Assembly: GCA_964035545.1 (NCBI GenBank)
Contig: OZ037769.1
Location: 5,747,929-5,811,928 of the forward strand
Direction of reading: 5' to 3'
Source of the DNA: Bugula neritina
Taxonomy: Eukaryota > Animalia > Bryozoa
DNA: 64,000 nt
Both the position numbers and the translations under genes were made by a program. Below the pieces are notes generated by a model. That model was given only the letters and a program-made list of their open reading frames with translations, did not search any database and was not told the origin of the DNA. Positions 1 to 14,439 of the stretch are shown piece by piece (the stretch's first letter is position 1; every line of letters starts with the position of its first letter).

Positions 1-672
1 TATAATTACATCGTCCTTATGGTGACCCAGTCACATCCTTGGATTCATAGTTGAGTTTTCATATATAGCACATGGAAACCTATCTCTATGGCTATAAATA
101 GACCATTATAGTTAGGTTAATGGATTTGTTTTAAAATATTATCAACTGAAAGTTCAACAACCAAACTATCAAGGGTAAAGGCTGAGGCTACCAATTTATT
201 TCTAGTATTCACTGGTAAAGCTTTTATTTTGCCGTTAACCTAATCAATAAAGCAGAAAAACAGAATAAAATAAATCTATTTAAAATGACTTTAGGATAAA
301 CTATAAAAGTCAAAGTACTAAATGATAATGTGATAGGTGGTATTTATATAGCTGAACATTAATTTGAATTATTTTAAGTCCATATCTGACAATTTTCAAA
401 GTTAATTTGATAAGATTGACTAAAACCGTACCACAAAGTCTGGTGGATGATTAATGGTGAATGTGTTTTCAACATCTCAGACACATTTACAAGAGCATGG
501 GTCTCGCCCTCACACCTTGCGAAGCTTCAGCTAGCTCATGCAACTGGAGCTAATTCAAAATCAGTTTTTATTTCTTTTATAAACTTTGGTTTAAGCTCGT
601 TTGTCAATTTTAAACAAAGGCTTTGCCATCAAAACTCTGTTGACTACTCAATGATAATGAGATCCTATTTAG

Positions 673-1010
673 CTTGACAGTCTAGCACCAGTGACTTGAC
701 AGTCTAGCACAGGTGACTTGACAGTCTAGCACAGGTGACTTGACAGTCTAGCACAGGTGACTTGACAGTCTAGCACAGGTGACTTGACAGTCTAGCACAG
801 GTGACTTGACAGTCTAGCACAGGTGACTTGACAGTCTAGCACAGGTGACTTGACAGTCTAGCACAGGTGACTTGACAGTCTAGCACAGGTGACTTGACAG
901 TCTATCACAAGTGAGTTGACAACCTACTACAGGTGACTTGACAGTTGAGCACTAGTGGTTTGACAGTATAGCACAGGTGACTTGACAGTCTGGCACTAGT
1001 GATTTGACAG
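673..1010. repeat. 22-bp minisatellite (GTGACTTGACAGTCTAGCACAG)n, ~15 copies
   Basis: Directly visible tandem unit, near-perfect to ~900 and degenerate towards 1010. Confidence 0.95.
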
Positions 1011-3419
1011 ACACCTTTTAGAAAATGGAAGTAGTACTGGGCAGTAACTACTCTCTTCAGCCAGGACTTGCCCATACTTCCCTTTTATCTTGTAATTGAA
1101 ATGAACTTTGCGTAAGTAATAAGCCTTGCAGGGTGACAAGTCCCATAAACAGGGTAGTGCATTGCAAATATAGTTTTCCTTAGCAACTTTCTGTTTAATT
1201 CTACTTCCTGTATTATCTTCATGGAAACCAGAATGTATAATGATTATAATTATCTTCAATTGAGATGTTTTACTGAATCCAGAATTCAAAAAGAAAAATA
1301 TTTCATTTTGGTCCTCCAATCAAAGACTTGTTTATGTGAAAGGAGAGGTTTAGCATCTAATAAAAATGACACCCCTTTATTGCTCTCTGTATCTAACCAT
1401 AAATGCATATAAATGAACTCATGTTGGTGGATTTATGGTTGTCAAGGTGAAACAAAACAGCATTATGACTCATAATCTGGCATATCCAGAGTTGCTCAAA
1501 GCCAGGTGAGTGTGTAATAAAGTTAGTGATGAGTTGACATGATTACATGATCATTATCCCTTAGTGAGCTATTCTAGAGTAACAAACTGATATTCCAACC
1601 ATTGATGCACCTATAGGCAGGAATAGAGTAGAGATTTGAGATATTCAAAGTGACTAAGGCAAGTTGAGCTAATATAGGGAGTATTAGACAAACATCAAGC
1701 CTAATATTTCACATAAATATTTAGTGAGCTAATAGTTGTGGGTGGTAACCACATAGAGTTCAGTGCATTTAGACTAAGAATTTGCTGGCATGTTGTTTAA
1801 AAACTTGGTACTTGTGTGTACATAGCTGTCTTTACAACATCCTGGTTTACTTGATAATTTCCATCCAATAGCGGACACTTTTACTAGAGCTATATTTAGT
1901 AAAAGGATGTTCCATTCTACCAGCACAAGAGTTGGGGGTGGTAATTAGGGATTTCTAAACAACAGGAAGTGGATAAAGTTCGTAACAGAAATGCCTACTG
2001 AATTGGAAAATTGGAAAAAAGAGAGAATTGAAATGTGTAGGAGGATTTGAGTAGATACACTGTCAGGGAGTTTAGTTGTAACAACAATGTTGTAACATTA
2101 TAACAGAACATTTGAGTGGGCTGTACTACGTAGTCAAATAGCAGTCTGGATTTTCACATTTCTAAAATAGAATGTTATAATAAAAATATTTTGTAGAAAG
2201 CAAATGAAAAGGAAATCAAAGAATTTACAAATTTTCATTATAAATAAAGGATGAAATCATGCATGTAATAAACTACTGGGTTATCCAATATATATTATTA
2301 TTGTAAACGTGCCTACTACTTATAACTGAAAATAAAATATATTAACTGTATACACTAACTATTATAAACTAAATTGTAAACACTTTAGATGGTGGCACGT
2401 AAGCCGTGATAAAAAATAAATATCGGCAGAACTGATTATGGAAATTTTATGAATAATTAATAGAAAAAGAGTTAGATATTGGGCGTTGACAGAGTTGATA
2501 GCTGGCGTATTCTCTTTTAATAGTATTCCTGCCAGCATATCTTAATGAGTTACAGGAAAACTTCATTAGCTTACTCGAAAATAATTTATAGCTCATAATC
2601 TAGCGGTGTTTTTTCGTAAAATACAAAATAGCTGTCCTAACTGAGACAGATAGATGCATGAAAATGAAGCCATATAAGCAAATAGTTAGGTTGAAAAATA
2701 AGAATGATATTGCTTTGATTATTTTATTAAAAATTCGGAGATACACTTAAAGGAGCTAAACCTTGCTGTTTCTATAAGACTCTACAAATTATATAACTAT
2801 ATTTTATAACATCACTTTTGCTAGTTGATAACAAGAACAGAAAATAATATAGTGTTTGGAAAATTCTAGAAAATTATAAAATCCCTAGTTTTTAAGGCCA
2901 AATAGCACATGCCGCAGTGGTAAAATTAAGCTGCAATAGAGTTTGTTATGAAGACAATTCGATGATGCTAAATTATTAAAAAATCAAGATGAATTTACAA
3001 GTTCCAATGTATTAACACAACAAATAATCACGTTAACCTAGTTTGTCACCAAATTAGCATAAGTTAGAAAGGGTAATAGTTGAAATGTTGTTTTGTAAAA
3101 GGGTTAATCCTAAAGGAATGCCATATATTATCACTCATTATTCTAAGTTTTAACCTCACTTTTATCAATTAAATCACCCTAAATATTCTGATTAGATACC
3201 CAAAACAGGAAAATAATAACTGAAACATCTTAGGAATCTGGTGAAGGCCACGTGACAGGTAGCAATGTGATGAACACAACTAGAGAGCAAATACTAATAA
3301 TCTGGATATAGTTGAAGAAGATTGTGTATTCCGGTAACCATGGTAACAGCTAACAGTAGAAGCAGAGAGTTTCAATACATAGAAGCAAAGGACAATGCCA
3401 CTGATCACAATGCTGATAC

Positions 3420-6400
3420 CTTGTCTGCTTTGCTTTCCTGGAGGGAATGGTGTGATGGAGGTGGAGAGTGAATGATGGACCGGCAAGGGTGGCTGAGATA
3501 GTGGTGAAGGCAAAGAATGGCAAATAGAAACAGATTCATATTCTGTGTAATCTGCAGATGACCACCTATCCTCATCCTTATAATGCACAGAACTATATTG
3601 GTAAAGCAGAGTAAAAAGCCATTACATAGAGTATTATTATTGGAAATGGGTTAATTTGCTTTCTTGGCTTGCTTTACTGAACTGTGCGACCTATAATTTT
3701 CATATGTAGCAGATACTTCAGTAAAGAACTTTATTTGATTCACCCTTAGATTTGTCGCACTATAATATTATTTTCAGTCAGCTTACAAGTTCTTAGGAGT
3801 TATCTACTTTTTAAAATAAATCTTTAGAATTAGAGCTGCTTTTAAAAACAAATTTCTTTCAAAAGACTTATAGCATAATAGGCCTATTTCACAGCAACAT
3901 CCTAGATTTAGAAACTATAAAAAAGGATTATAACTACAGGCACTAAATTTACAACTCAGCAAACCACAATTACTGCATTCAAAGTGTATTTTCACCACAA
4001 CCGTAAATTTTCAATGCTCCAATAACTCAACCTCTGAAATTAAGTCTTCAAAACCTACAGCACCACTTTTCAAATTTGAGAAAAGCTGATTCCAAAACTA
4101 GTAATGATATTGTGGTGAAATAGCATCGCCTGTACTAGCTATTATTGTTATTCAGTGAAAATATTAAAAAGAAAACACAGTCCGTGATAAGATTGCAGTC
4201 AGAATTTATTCAAGTTTGAGTCTAAAGTTCACATGGAACGGAATAGCACCACTTTATCTAATCTTGATAAATGTGCAAGGTACTTTACAGGTTGTACTTT
4301 GCTCTAATCTAACAAATAGGAGACGACTCTAAACTGAAAGACAAAATGTTGGTATTAAAGGGTTCAAAGGTGTTATGTAATTATAGTGATAAGATACTTT
4401 ATAGCTTGGTAAGCTTGGTGAGTGTATTTGCCTGTACAATGCTATTATATAAAATCCATTACCAATGACCGTGAGCAAAATGAGCTAACCTTTTTGGACC
4501 AAATTGGTTTTGAAGTTCTAAATTATACTATAACAGGGTTTTAGAGAGTTGGATAAAAAAGCTAAGCCAAACTGCTATCTTTAAAGATTTTCATTTTTGA
4601 AAAGATAGAGAATTAGTTTATAACTCAATTCAGATGCTAAATCAAAACTCAGTAGGTACAGCCCAGTGTTTTAGCAGCTGTAGTAGCCAAGTCATATGTT
4701 ACGCCAAGGGTAGACAACACCAAATTCTAGAAGACCATTTGCAGACATTATACAGCTTTAGAGGGAGGGCCTCATACTTTGTTAGAGCTTCTGTAATTTT
4801 GTACAAAGACTGTCAGCCAGGGCTTGTTCAGGAAAATTTTACTATATTTTAGTAAATCAATACTATAGCCTGGAAGTCATATTACTATTTACTGATTATA
4901 AGATCAAACCTAGAAAAGGGTATGGCATACAAGCAGATTACAACTTGGTGTGAAAACTACTACCATTGCCTCCAATTGGTCACTTTTGTTGTAGAATGTA
5001 GAATAAATACAAAAGAAGTTGCCAATTAGAGAGAAACTTTTGCAGCAGGAAAACCACAGCATCATTTGAAGTGCAATAACTCCAATATAAAGTTTTGAGC
5101 CAAGTTTAAAGTTTAAATGAAGAAGACTGTAACTTCAGATTTTAGAAATGTTCAAACAACTGAATCAAAATTAAAAAAAATTATATTTCTATAGTTCTAA
5201 CTATTAACTTGAATAAGCCGCAGGTGTAATAGGCTGGCAGGAGAAAGAACAACTCCAAATTTCCCCACAAAATGTCTTATAAAGGAGCTGGTTTAACAAC
5301 TTCACACAAAACTAAATATGCTGCAGGAGCAGATAACTGAAATACACAAAGCAGACAACAAATAGTAATCTAAAACATAAACATCAGTGAGAGACAACTT
5401 TCACCACAATAAACACATTACTACGAGTTTCAAGAGTTTATAGAAGAGATACATGCCTATTTACTAACCAGCTTTAGTGATAGAGTAGTAGATATCGAAG
5501 TAATGATCAACACTGAAAATGATAGACAAAACTAGTAACACAGATTTGGACAGAAAACACAATAGGAGTGAGTTTGACAGGAACATTTAGCTGGAGGGGC
5601 TTGTGACAGGTAACCTAGAGTTAGTGAGGACTATCGGCTACCCCTAACAACATGTAACCATTTGAGGTTTTGCTTGCTGCAGAGCATACAACATACAGGA
5701 ATGACTTGGGAGATAACTTACCTCAAATGAGTAATCACCTAAAAGTGCATTAGAAGAACATAACTCCAACACAGCGTGTACTGAGTATATTGCAGCATAG
5801 AAAGAACATAGCTTTAACACAGAATGTACTGAATATATTATTGCAGTATTGAAAGAACATGACTCCAACACAGAATGTACTGAATATATTGCAGTATAGC
5901 AAAATCACTATCTGAAATATGTATATACTTGGTACAATGCTATAATTATTCACCAGTATAAAGCATAAATTATAATAAACGTATAATACTTGAAATACTG
6001 TACTACGAAGAACAAAGCCAAACACGAAGCACCCATATGGGCAAAACAACTAACATAATAGAAGTTGCCTTCTTTTGACACTTGAAGTGTTGCACTGTCA
6101 GATTAAAAAGTTTCACAAAAATTGAAAACAATCACATGAAAATTCATCATTCACCCATGACTGAGCAAAATGGTAGACCCTTGCGCAGTCCATAAATGTT
6201 ACTGTTGCCCAAAAGACTATACTCTTCGGTGAAAGACAGATTAAAATTCTTAAAAATGGTTAAAATACAAAGCTTCATGTTAGGTTTGAGTTTCTAGTCC
6301 CTCATAAACTGAATTTTTATTCAATTACACTAAAAATAGCTACAATAAAATGTTGTTTGCGTGTGTGAAAGTTTATCACCTCAAATAATCCTCACATATT

Positions 6401-9400
6401 TATGCACTCACTTTTCTACACATGCACTTACCCACCAAGCCAGATACCCACACAACTGCTAACCAGCCAAACCACTTACCCACATATTCCTCCTCAGAAG
6501 TATAAGAGGGTATCCTTTCTTCCTCCTCTGGGGGTGGGGGCGGTGGGGCACGAAATGGTTTGGGGAGAGGTGGTCGGAAACTTTGAGACTGAGAAGCCTG
6601 GATTCGGGCTTTTATGACATCATCGGGGCCAGTATACCCATCTGTTTCATCCTAATACATAGACAGTAGAACTGAGTGACTAAGTTACAAGTGATGTGAT
6701 TGGTTTGGTATTAGTAAGAATGCAGTTAAATGGTGAATGTATACTAATCAGCTGGCTTAACATGTAAACATCAATGATAACTAAAATAACACAAGAAACA
6801 ATAACAACTGGTCAACTCTCAATGTTTATTGTAATCACATGTCAGAAAGTAGTTAGAGAGAACATATGAGCATCTACACTTTACAAGCGTGTTATCAAGT
6901 TTTGTCGGAGTTATTGCCCATTGCAACAAAGCAGTCCAGCAAACTAGAAGTTAGCATGATGCTGTATAGAGTAGAGTAAGTAACACTATTATATAATTCT
7001 AAACACTTACGTCATTATCAAAGTCATCAATGTCTTCATCTTCAATAATAAAATAAAAGTATAAATTATAAATTTTAATAAAACACGACCATATTCAACA
7101 ATATATGTTGTGTCGAATAGTAATTTGATTGACTTTTATTTCAAGGGTAAATTCATTCAGATCAGGGATGGGTAACCCATGCAGCAGGCTTGAAAAAACG
7201 TTTTGCATCTTTTAAAGGTCTGAATTGTCAGCATAAAGATAGTAAATTTTCAGTTTTTGCTGCATTTAACAAAAATATAAACCATTACTTGTGTCTAACA
7301 GATCTGCAATGTTCTAAACTAGAAGCTTAGAATAATTGTAAATGAGTTATTTTTAGCCATATGTTATATTGTGATAGGAAATAACATGCCAACAATGGGA
7401 GTTGCCTACTCCTACTGTAACTACTACTTATTGAGTGAAATGAGTCTTAAGTACTACTACTGTAACTACAACTCAGCGAGTGAGAAAAGTTATGATACAT
7501 ACTACTACTGTAACTACTGCATCACTGAGTGAAATGACTCATTACACACCACTGATCTCATTCAATGAGACTCAACTTCCCTGTAAGCTGATCAGTCATC
7601 ATCTAAGTAAGTCATGTGTGCAAAAGAATTAGATTGGCTATTATAAATTTAGAAACTACAAAAATTTCAACAAATTATAATTATGTGAACCTAATGCTAT
7701 TTGTGTAGGTTCTCAGACTACTTAAAGCTTTTAGTTGAAATTCCTCGTAGCAACTCCAGAAGGAAGTGAGTATGGGCATACCAGTAATATGACCAGAAGC
7801 ACAGAAGAATTATGGTATGTGTCATGTACATGTGTCATGCATGCTAAACTAGCATATTTAACCTTGAACCATAGAATTGGTCCGTGACAGCTCTTTTAAA
7901 AATAAGTATCACTGTTGATAAAATTTGATTTGGTCAGAGTATAAAATGAGGAACTTTAAGGATGCATACCTGAATTTATCTCGTAAGGGTTATCAGGATT
8001 GTGAAATTTGTAATTTTCTATGGCCTGTAGTATCTGCCTAGATAAAAACAACAACATGCCAATTGTTCAAAAGCCAGCAGCAATTAAAACAATTGAAATA
8101 GAAATAAAATAATACAAGGAATTTAAGTAAATAAACAGGAGCAAAAAACAAGAACTAACGATATTTTAAATAAATTTTTTTTAAATCTCTTCTACTAATA
8201 AATTCCTAAATTTAATTATTAATAATAATGAAATGTAGGTTGATACAAACTCAGTGTGTCTTGGATGAACGTTCAGCTCCCTCAATTTGCCCTGAGTAAT
8301 GATGCTCTATAACATACAGGACATATGTATAAACGGTAGGTTTCATCCCAGTTTTTATTTTGTTGCAATATATAGTAATATGAATATACCTATATAGTAT
8401 ATATACATATGTAACTGTTGTAACTTGTAATGATTGCTAAACATGAAATAATAGTTAATATGAATTATCTGGAATGATATTCCAATTTTCACGAGTTTGT
8501 GTGGAACAAAGAACAGGAATACATTAATCATAGACATTATCTTTAATGAAGACTTCATGTTGAAATAATAATATTTTCTCAAACAACAAAAAGCATAGAA
8601 AATGCAAAATTAATAAAATAACGCAGATCAAAGAAATTTATTTATGTGCTAAATAGCAAACAATTGATCCAAATCTATTTAAATATAAATAATAATATAT
8701 TTCAAAAATATTCAAATAAATTGCACATAAAATACATATTTTACTAAAATAAATAAAGAGCGTCTAACTGGGAGATGGCTATCTGTGGTGACACCAAACG
8801 GTAACCTACTAGTGGAACGTAAAGCTGTTCACACACATGACCCATTCAACAGCAGTAGTGATGAGAATACACAGAAAAACTTCAGCATTTGTTTAGTCTT
8901 CTTAATTCAGGAGAATAACACAGAAATAGTTATTCAAGGCACTTTATCTCAATGTAAAAGATTTCAAGAATATAAAATTAGAGCAACGAAAAACTTTAAA
9001 AAGTAATAACATGAAAGAATAAGTATTATTAAGGGAGAGTTGTAACACATCACTGAATGAACGTAGAGGGTATGGAGCAATAGGGTAGGGAACAGTTAAC
9101 CAGTACTAGTTTATTTAAGTAACCTAAGCAATACAACACTAATAATTTATTTATCGAATGAGCAATCAAATCAAAGTGAAAGAAATAGGATGCTATTTGT
9201 TAATCTAAACTACTAGTCATTGTAAATTATAATACACTTTGGGAGAGTCATTCAGTAATACCTAGATTTTGTACATTATAAGGAAATTTGATAACAACAC
9301 AGCTATTAGCTAATGCTTTCTAAGCTTTTCAGAAAGCAACTGATAAACTAGTGAAAGGTTAGATAACAGGCATTGATTGCTATTTGTAGGTAGCCTAGAG

Positions 9401-11212
9401 TATCTGGTGTTTGGTTAACCGATCATTATAGTTAACCATAAGGAGGCCGTATCAGTAAGGACAGGCACCACAAAGTCAAGTTGAATATAGAGGCTGCATT
9501 GCAAAAAAGCTCCTACTGATTACACTTCAACTGAAAGTGAAAAAATAATCATTACTGTATGAATCATATCCATATGACAGTGAAACGTAACATTTGCAAC
9601 ACATATGTGTCAACAGCACAAATAATTTATGAGTTTATAGTTTAGTCAATCAGCTTCTACACTGAGAGGTAATAGATGGGGTAATTGTAAATTAGCTGTC
9701 ATACCAAAGTATATACTCATAATGAAAAATTACAAAATAGAGCCAACCCCCTACTGACTCCCATTTTTGATTAAAGAACAACTGCCTAAAGAATAGTAGA
9801 AGAAAACTAAGTAGATCAAAAACCGTCACTTGGCTGTGTGAAAGTTCTGAGCTACACGGGATGAGCATAGGCTGTGAAGAATGGGTTTGGGATCTATTGC
9901 ATCAGTGAATAAATCTCCCCCCTCCCTCCCCTCCCACCATTGTTACACAAACTTCTAGTATTTTCCATGATTAATGTTTTCCAGTGTTTTGGTACTATGC
10001 CACATACAACATTCTTCTGATATTGAATGAACAATTTAATATGTCACCAAGTACCAAAATACTAAAAGACAGTTTAGCTGTGGTACGTGGTATAAGGAAT
10101 ACCAACTCAAAATTATACCCTGCGAAACAATTGCCAGTTTACAATTGGAAGCCAGGAGTACAGTGTTTATTATAAATTTATAAACTCATATTGTAAGACT
10201 TACCAGAAGTTTCTCCCCATCAATGTATGAATCTCTGAAATCATTGACATAAATATCCATTCCATTCTAAAAAAACCAACACAGCCATGTATATATATAT
10301 TATTAGACTTGCTGTTTTCTCTTTGTATTTACCACACAGGTATGTTGCTGCAGCAATGGAGGAATTCCTAAGGTAGGTGCAGTAATGGACAAACTGGGAA
10401 ACAACCTGTGTTCTAGGTTAGAAATATAGCAAAAGATGTTTCAAAGATAACTTCAACCTGTGTCCAGAAGTAGAATTTATTAGGAAAACTTACAAACTTA
10501 GACTATTAAAATTTCTTCACTACTGCACCTGAATGAAATTCTTTTAGCTTAAAATTTTATGCGACAGGATTTTGAATATTTTCATATTCTCTAATATAAT
10601 ATTTTTATTTAATTAAAATAATTACAAAAACAAAACTATAACCATAACAATATTATTATTATCTACAAAACTACCTAAACTTGTAAATGCATTGCTTGTA
10701 ACATGCCAACTATCATTGTGATTGGCCAGTGTAACACAATCAAAATGAGTGCTGCAGCTGGAATAAATTTATTTCAATTATATTGTCAATGATAAACTAA
10801 CACTTAGAGAGAAGTTCTCAGCAGCTCAATGCTTATGGCATTTATTAACTGTCATGGCTCCTAGTAATTGAAATAGCAAGATGTAACGGTTGAGTATGGC
10901 TAATCTTATAAGTAGTATGTCAACATAGTTCAACTAACTGCAGTAGAGAAGCTGGGTGATGAAAATGTAAAATATAAGTTGCCTTCCCTTTCAAATACCT
11001 ATTATTTTGATACTCACATATCAAGTAGCTCTGGTTAGGTGAATCAATAATCAGATACAAACTACTAAAAAAGTATAAAATACAAAACAACTTTACAATG
11101 CATTAGCGCAAAACTAAGTATCTATCCTTTGAAAAAGGCAAACCTTTGTTAGCCATCCTGCAACTTTAGGTATCCCCCAGTGCTTCACATCTCCGTCTAC
11201 AGGTAAATCCAT
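3420..11212 (-). CDS. SAM-domain adaptor with acidic Tyr motifs and Pro-rich region (SLP-76/BLNK-like architecture); spliced, 3' end unresolved
   Basis: Phase-consistent GT-AG exons 11144-11212, 10204-10266, 8251-8306, 7970-8037, 7011-7039, 6480-6651, 5722-5738, 3420-3576 give MDLPVDGDVKHWGIPKVAGWLTKNGMDIYVNDFRDSYIDGEKLLSIITQGKLRELNVHPRHTEQILQAIENYKF (SAM pattern W..V..WL...Y...F....IDG..LL....L.EL......IL.AI), then NPYEINSDEDIDDFDNDDETDGYTGPDD...RPPLPKPFRAPPPPPPEEEE...EEEYVGDYSFEDEDRWSSADYTEYESV...QPPLP. Confidence 0.85.
5752..5898. repeat. degenerate ~48-bp tandem repeat (3 copies), intronic
   Basis: AAGAACAT.ACTCCAACACAG..TGTACTGA.TATATTGCAG.AT recurs three times next to the acceptor of the 17-nt microexon. 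Confidence 0.8.
7163..7414. mobile_element. degenerate hAT-like MITE
   Basis: Left end CAGGGATGGGTAAC and right end GTTGCCTACTCCTA resemble CAGGGGTGGGCAAC-type TIRs (compare the 30824 element); no clear TSD. Confidence 0.4.
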
Positions 11213-11942
11213 AGTACTTATGTTGAACAGACCTAAAATAAAACAGTTCGACTGACTTTGAAGTTAAAATGTAGAACAAATATGCAAAAAGTGAGGTCAG
11301 CTTACAGTTGCACACTCAGAACTAGTTAATTTTAGCTGCCACTTAAAGCAAATAATGTCATTTAATAATTTTATGGTCATAAAACTAAGTAACCAGCCTT
11401 ATATTATAAACCTAAAGATAATTGAGCTAATAATTGTTACATTATGAAGTCTTTTACAGTATGAACAGGCACAATTGTAATTATGAAATTATAGTGTTCA
11501 ACCAACAGGTTAGACACAGCTAGAGGAAGACAGCTAAGCATAAAAATAAATTATAATTTAAAGTTGAAACCGGTGTTTAGCTAAAATTTATCTCGAAACT
11601 GCAAATGTAATACTAAAAATAAAAATAATTACTAAAACTAAAACTGATTAGTGAATAGTAATTTATTTGTAATTGCAAGTCTATTAGAATTACTAAAATA
11701 CTGCTAAAAAGCAAAATATAAAGCAAGAGTCTGATTCTATACTTCTGGCAGTAGCTGCAAGCTTTATTATTAGTGGATAATATTAATAATAGAATATCAT
11801 AATCAAGATCAATGTCATCGAACTGCTAACTTTTTAAGAGTAACTTAAACAATGACAGCGAAAGGTAATTGAATACACTATACAGTTATTGTTAAACTTA
11901 ATAATGAACTAAAAATATTAATAATCTAAGTATTCACAAGAA

Positions 11943-12290
11943 TTCATACTCCAAGTGATAATGATAATCATAATGATAATGTAACACTCCCAGTGATAGT
12001 CATACTCAATCTTATACTTATACTGATAGCAATAGTGATTATCATGCTGATAGTGATAGTGATTGCCATTGACTTTAATTTTGATATTGTCACTTTGAGT
12101 TCGAGTTAAGACTTAGGAGTTAAGAGAGATAAGAGATTGTCAAACTGAAACTGAAATTACAATTTAAATTATATTAACATAATCTGATTAACTATAGCAT
12201 TAACACTAACTCTAAGTGACTAAGTCACTAACACTAACACAGTAACAGTAACAATTCTCATTCTGTATCACTATCACTATCAGTATCTGG
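11943..12290. repeat. period-3/6 low-complexity tract in putative first intron of the SAM gene
   Basis: Runs such as GATAATGATAAT, GATAGTGATAGT, GAAACTGAAA, AGTAACAGTAAC, TATCACTATCAC. Confidence 0.6.
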
Positions 12291-12334
12291 TGACCAATTA
12301 TTATTATTAGGACGAAAATTTAAAGAAAAGATAC

Positions 12335-14140
12335 CGTTTTGAAGCAAACTAATTTCACAGAGCCAATATATGTTGCAGTGAATTCGATATAATATCCTCT
12401 AAACTTCCACTAATAGTTATAGTAATTCTACAAGGAAGTTGCAAGCTTGTTGACTAGACACAAACAAGCTGTGCACAATGCAGGAAGCCGAAAAGAAACT
12501 ACGAAGACGGCGGCTGGGCTCGGCAAGACTAGTCTCAAAACCACTTCGTTAATGCGATGCTAATGCGAAAATCTAAAAGCCGAAAAAGCCGAGCCGTTTA
12601 TACAGCCCAGTTATTATTATAACGTTATAAGGACAGAACCAGCGTCCTAAACAAGGTAGCACTTGGCAGGCCATTCAAAAAGCATTTTTTCACATAAAAT
12701 TTACACCAGCTGAGATTATATTACCCGGTGTGTTATGTGGACATCTATAGCCTATAGGAAATGATTCGCGGGCATCTGAAAGCTATGCATTTTTATAGGA
12801 TTGGTGTTAAAAACTATTTTTATAAATGCGTGCTTGTGCAAGGTTCCTAGCTTAAAGGAACCTCAAACAAGGTTGCAGAATGTAATATTAGCTTGTTTTT
12901 ACAGACTAGTGGCAAAAAATATCCTGTTATACCTTTGACACCTTTGAAACTACAATATTAAGTTTGAAAAATTTGACAATATAGCTTATAGGCATAATTA
13001 TACAAAATATTAAAGTCTTGCCCTATAAAAGTTTAAAATCAGGCTGACAATAAAACAGTCCTTAGTGGTGAAAATTAAAATTTCTCTTTTAGGTGCATTA
13101 AGCTGCAAGTAAGTTATTGTTTATATTGCAGCTTTTGCTGAATTATGTAATTATGTAATTTACACACACATGCACACCCACACACTGATTTATTCACACA
13201 ATCTGGGCTTCTCATCTTCTAATAAAACTATATTAACTTCATTTAATTTTTTCATTGGCAAATATACTTAAAATTAAGATATTATATCACCAAATGCTGC
13301 AAAATTGAACTAAAGGACTACAATCAATATCAGTTGAGTTGTAAGTTTTCTACTGGTGCTTTACGCAGTGCTTTTATGAAATTAATAAGTAAGTTGGTAA
13401 ATGTCAACAGAAAGAATTTTTAAGTTTTGAGATTTTATTGTAACTTATCATTGACAAATGCCAAGCCTTGAATTCTGGCTGAACTTCCTATTTGATCAAT
13501 GCAGATGATTATTTTATTTACTAGCCACAATATGATTGAGATGTCATGTGAATAAACTTCCTCTGCGTATATTATTTACTGAAATATTAATTGTCTGCTC
13601 ACATTGACGAGTACATTGGTAATAATGCATTATTAGTATTGATTGGTATATTTAGACTTTAGTCTATGGAACTATGCTCTCCAGTTCTTGTCACAAACAC
13701 GCCATAGGACATGCCCTATGGTGTGTTTGTGACAAGAACTGGAGAGAACAACTAATCTCTGGGTGAAACCGGAGTGTAGCTCTTGGTGAATGTTAATAGA
13801 GTTGTCTTTCAAATTGCAATATAGAAAAGATAACTCTTTAGGTGTACAAGCCATGAATACCGCTGTTCCACGTATGTCTCGAGATCGCCATTGTAGACTC
13901 TTATTGTTGTACTTGTAGAAAAATTAAATACGGAAAAAAGAAATATTATCATAATAAGTGTTGATTACTCATTATTTCTACATACGAAGAGTTATATAAA
14001 TGCTAATTTTGTTTTGTCGCAAACGCAATTTCAAAAGAGATAACTATTTTCAAGGGAAAATAAATACACAAAAGACGGACTAATCCGACCCAAAAGAAAG
14101 GCGGCAAAACTTCTGCGTAGTGGGAACGAACGAACAAACG
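12335..14140. promoter_or_regulatory. putative divergent promoter region with non-coding first exons of the SAM gene (-) and the zinc-finger gene (+)
   Basis: Locally CpG-rich patches at ~12480-12610 and ~13860-14140; outward-facing donors AAACG|GTATCT (minus, 12334) and AAACG|GTATGT (plus, 14141); both first coding exons start with splice acceptors (11233 and 16092). Confidence 0.55.
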
Positions 14141-14439
14141 GTATGTGCTTTTTTCACGATCACTTTGTCACAGCTTAATTAGACTCCCAGTTTACTACAA
14201 TATTTGCAGACTGTACTATCAAATTAGAGGCGCAAAACTTGAAACCATACTGCTTCAATATAACTATAAGTATTTTTCACATCTACTGATCTAGTGATTT
14301 ACCTTAATGAAATTAAATTACTAGTAGTAACTGTAAGTGTAAGTGTAGCAACAACTTAAACTAAAACTTATCCAGAGACCAACTCCAACCCGAAGTCATA
14401 AATGATAAATTTAAAATTACCAAATAATTGAAATTGAAA

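Noticed and set aside
673-1010. 22-bp repeat as a CRISPR-like array
   Set aside because: Head-to-tail units with no spacers; a simple minisatellite.
996-1319. 107-aa minus-strand ORF as a further exon of the adaptor gene
   Set aside because: No convincing splice borders or SH2-like motif; composition resembles the intronic background.
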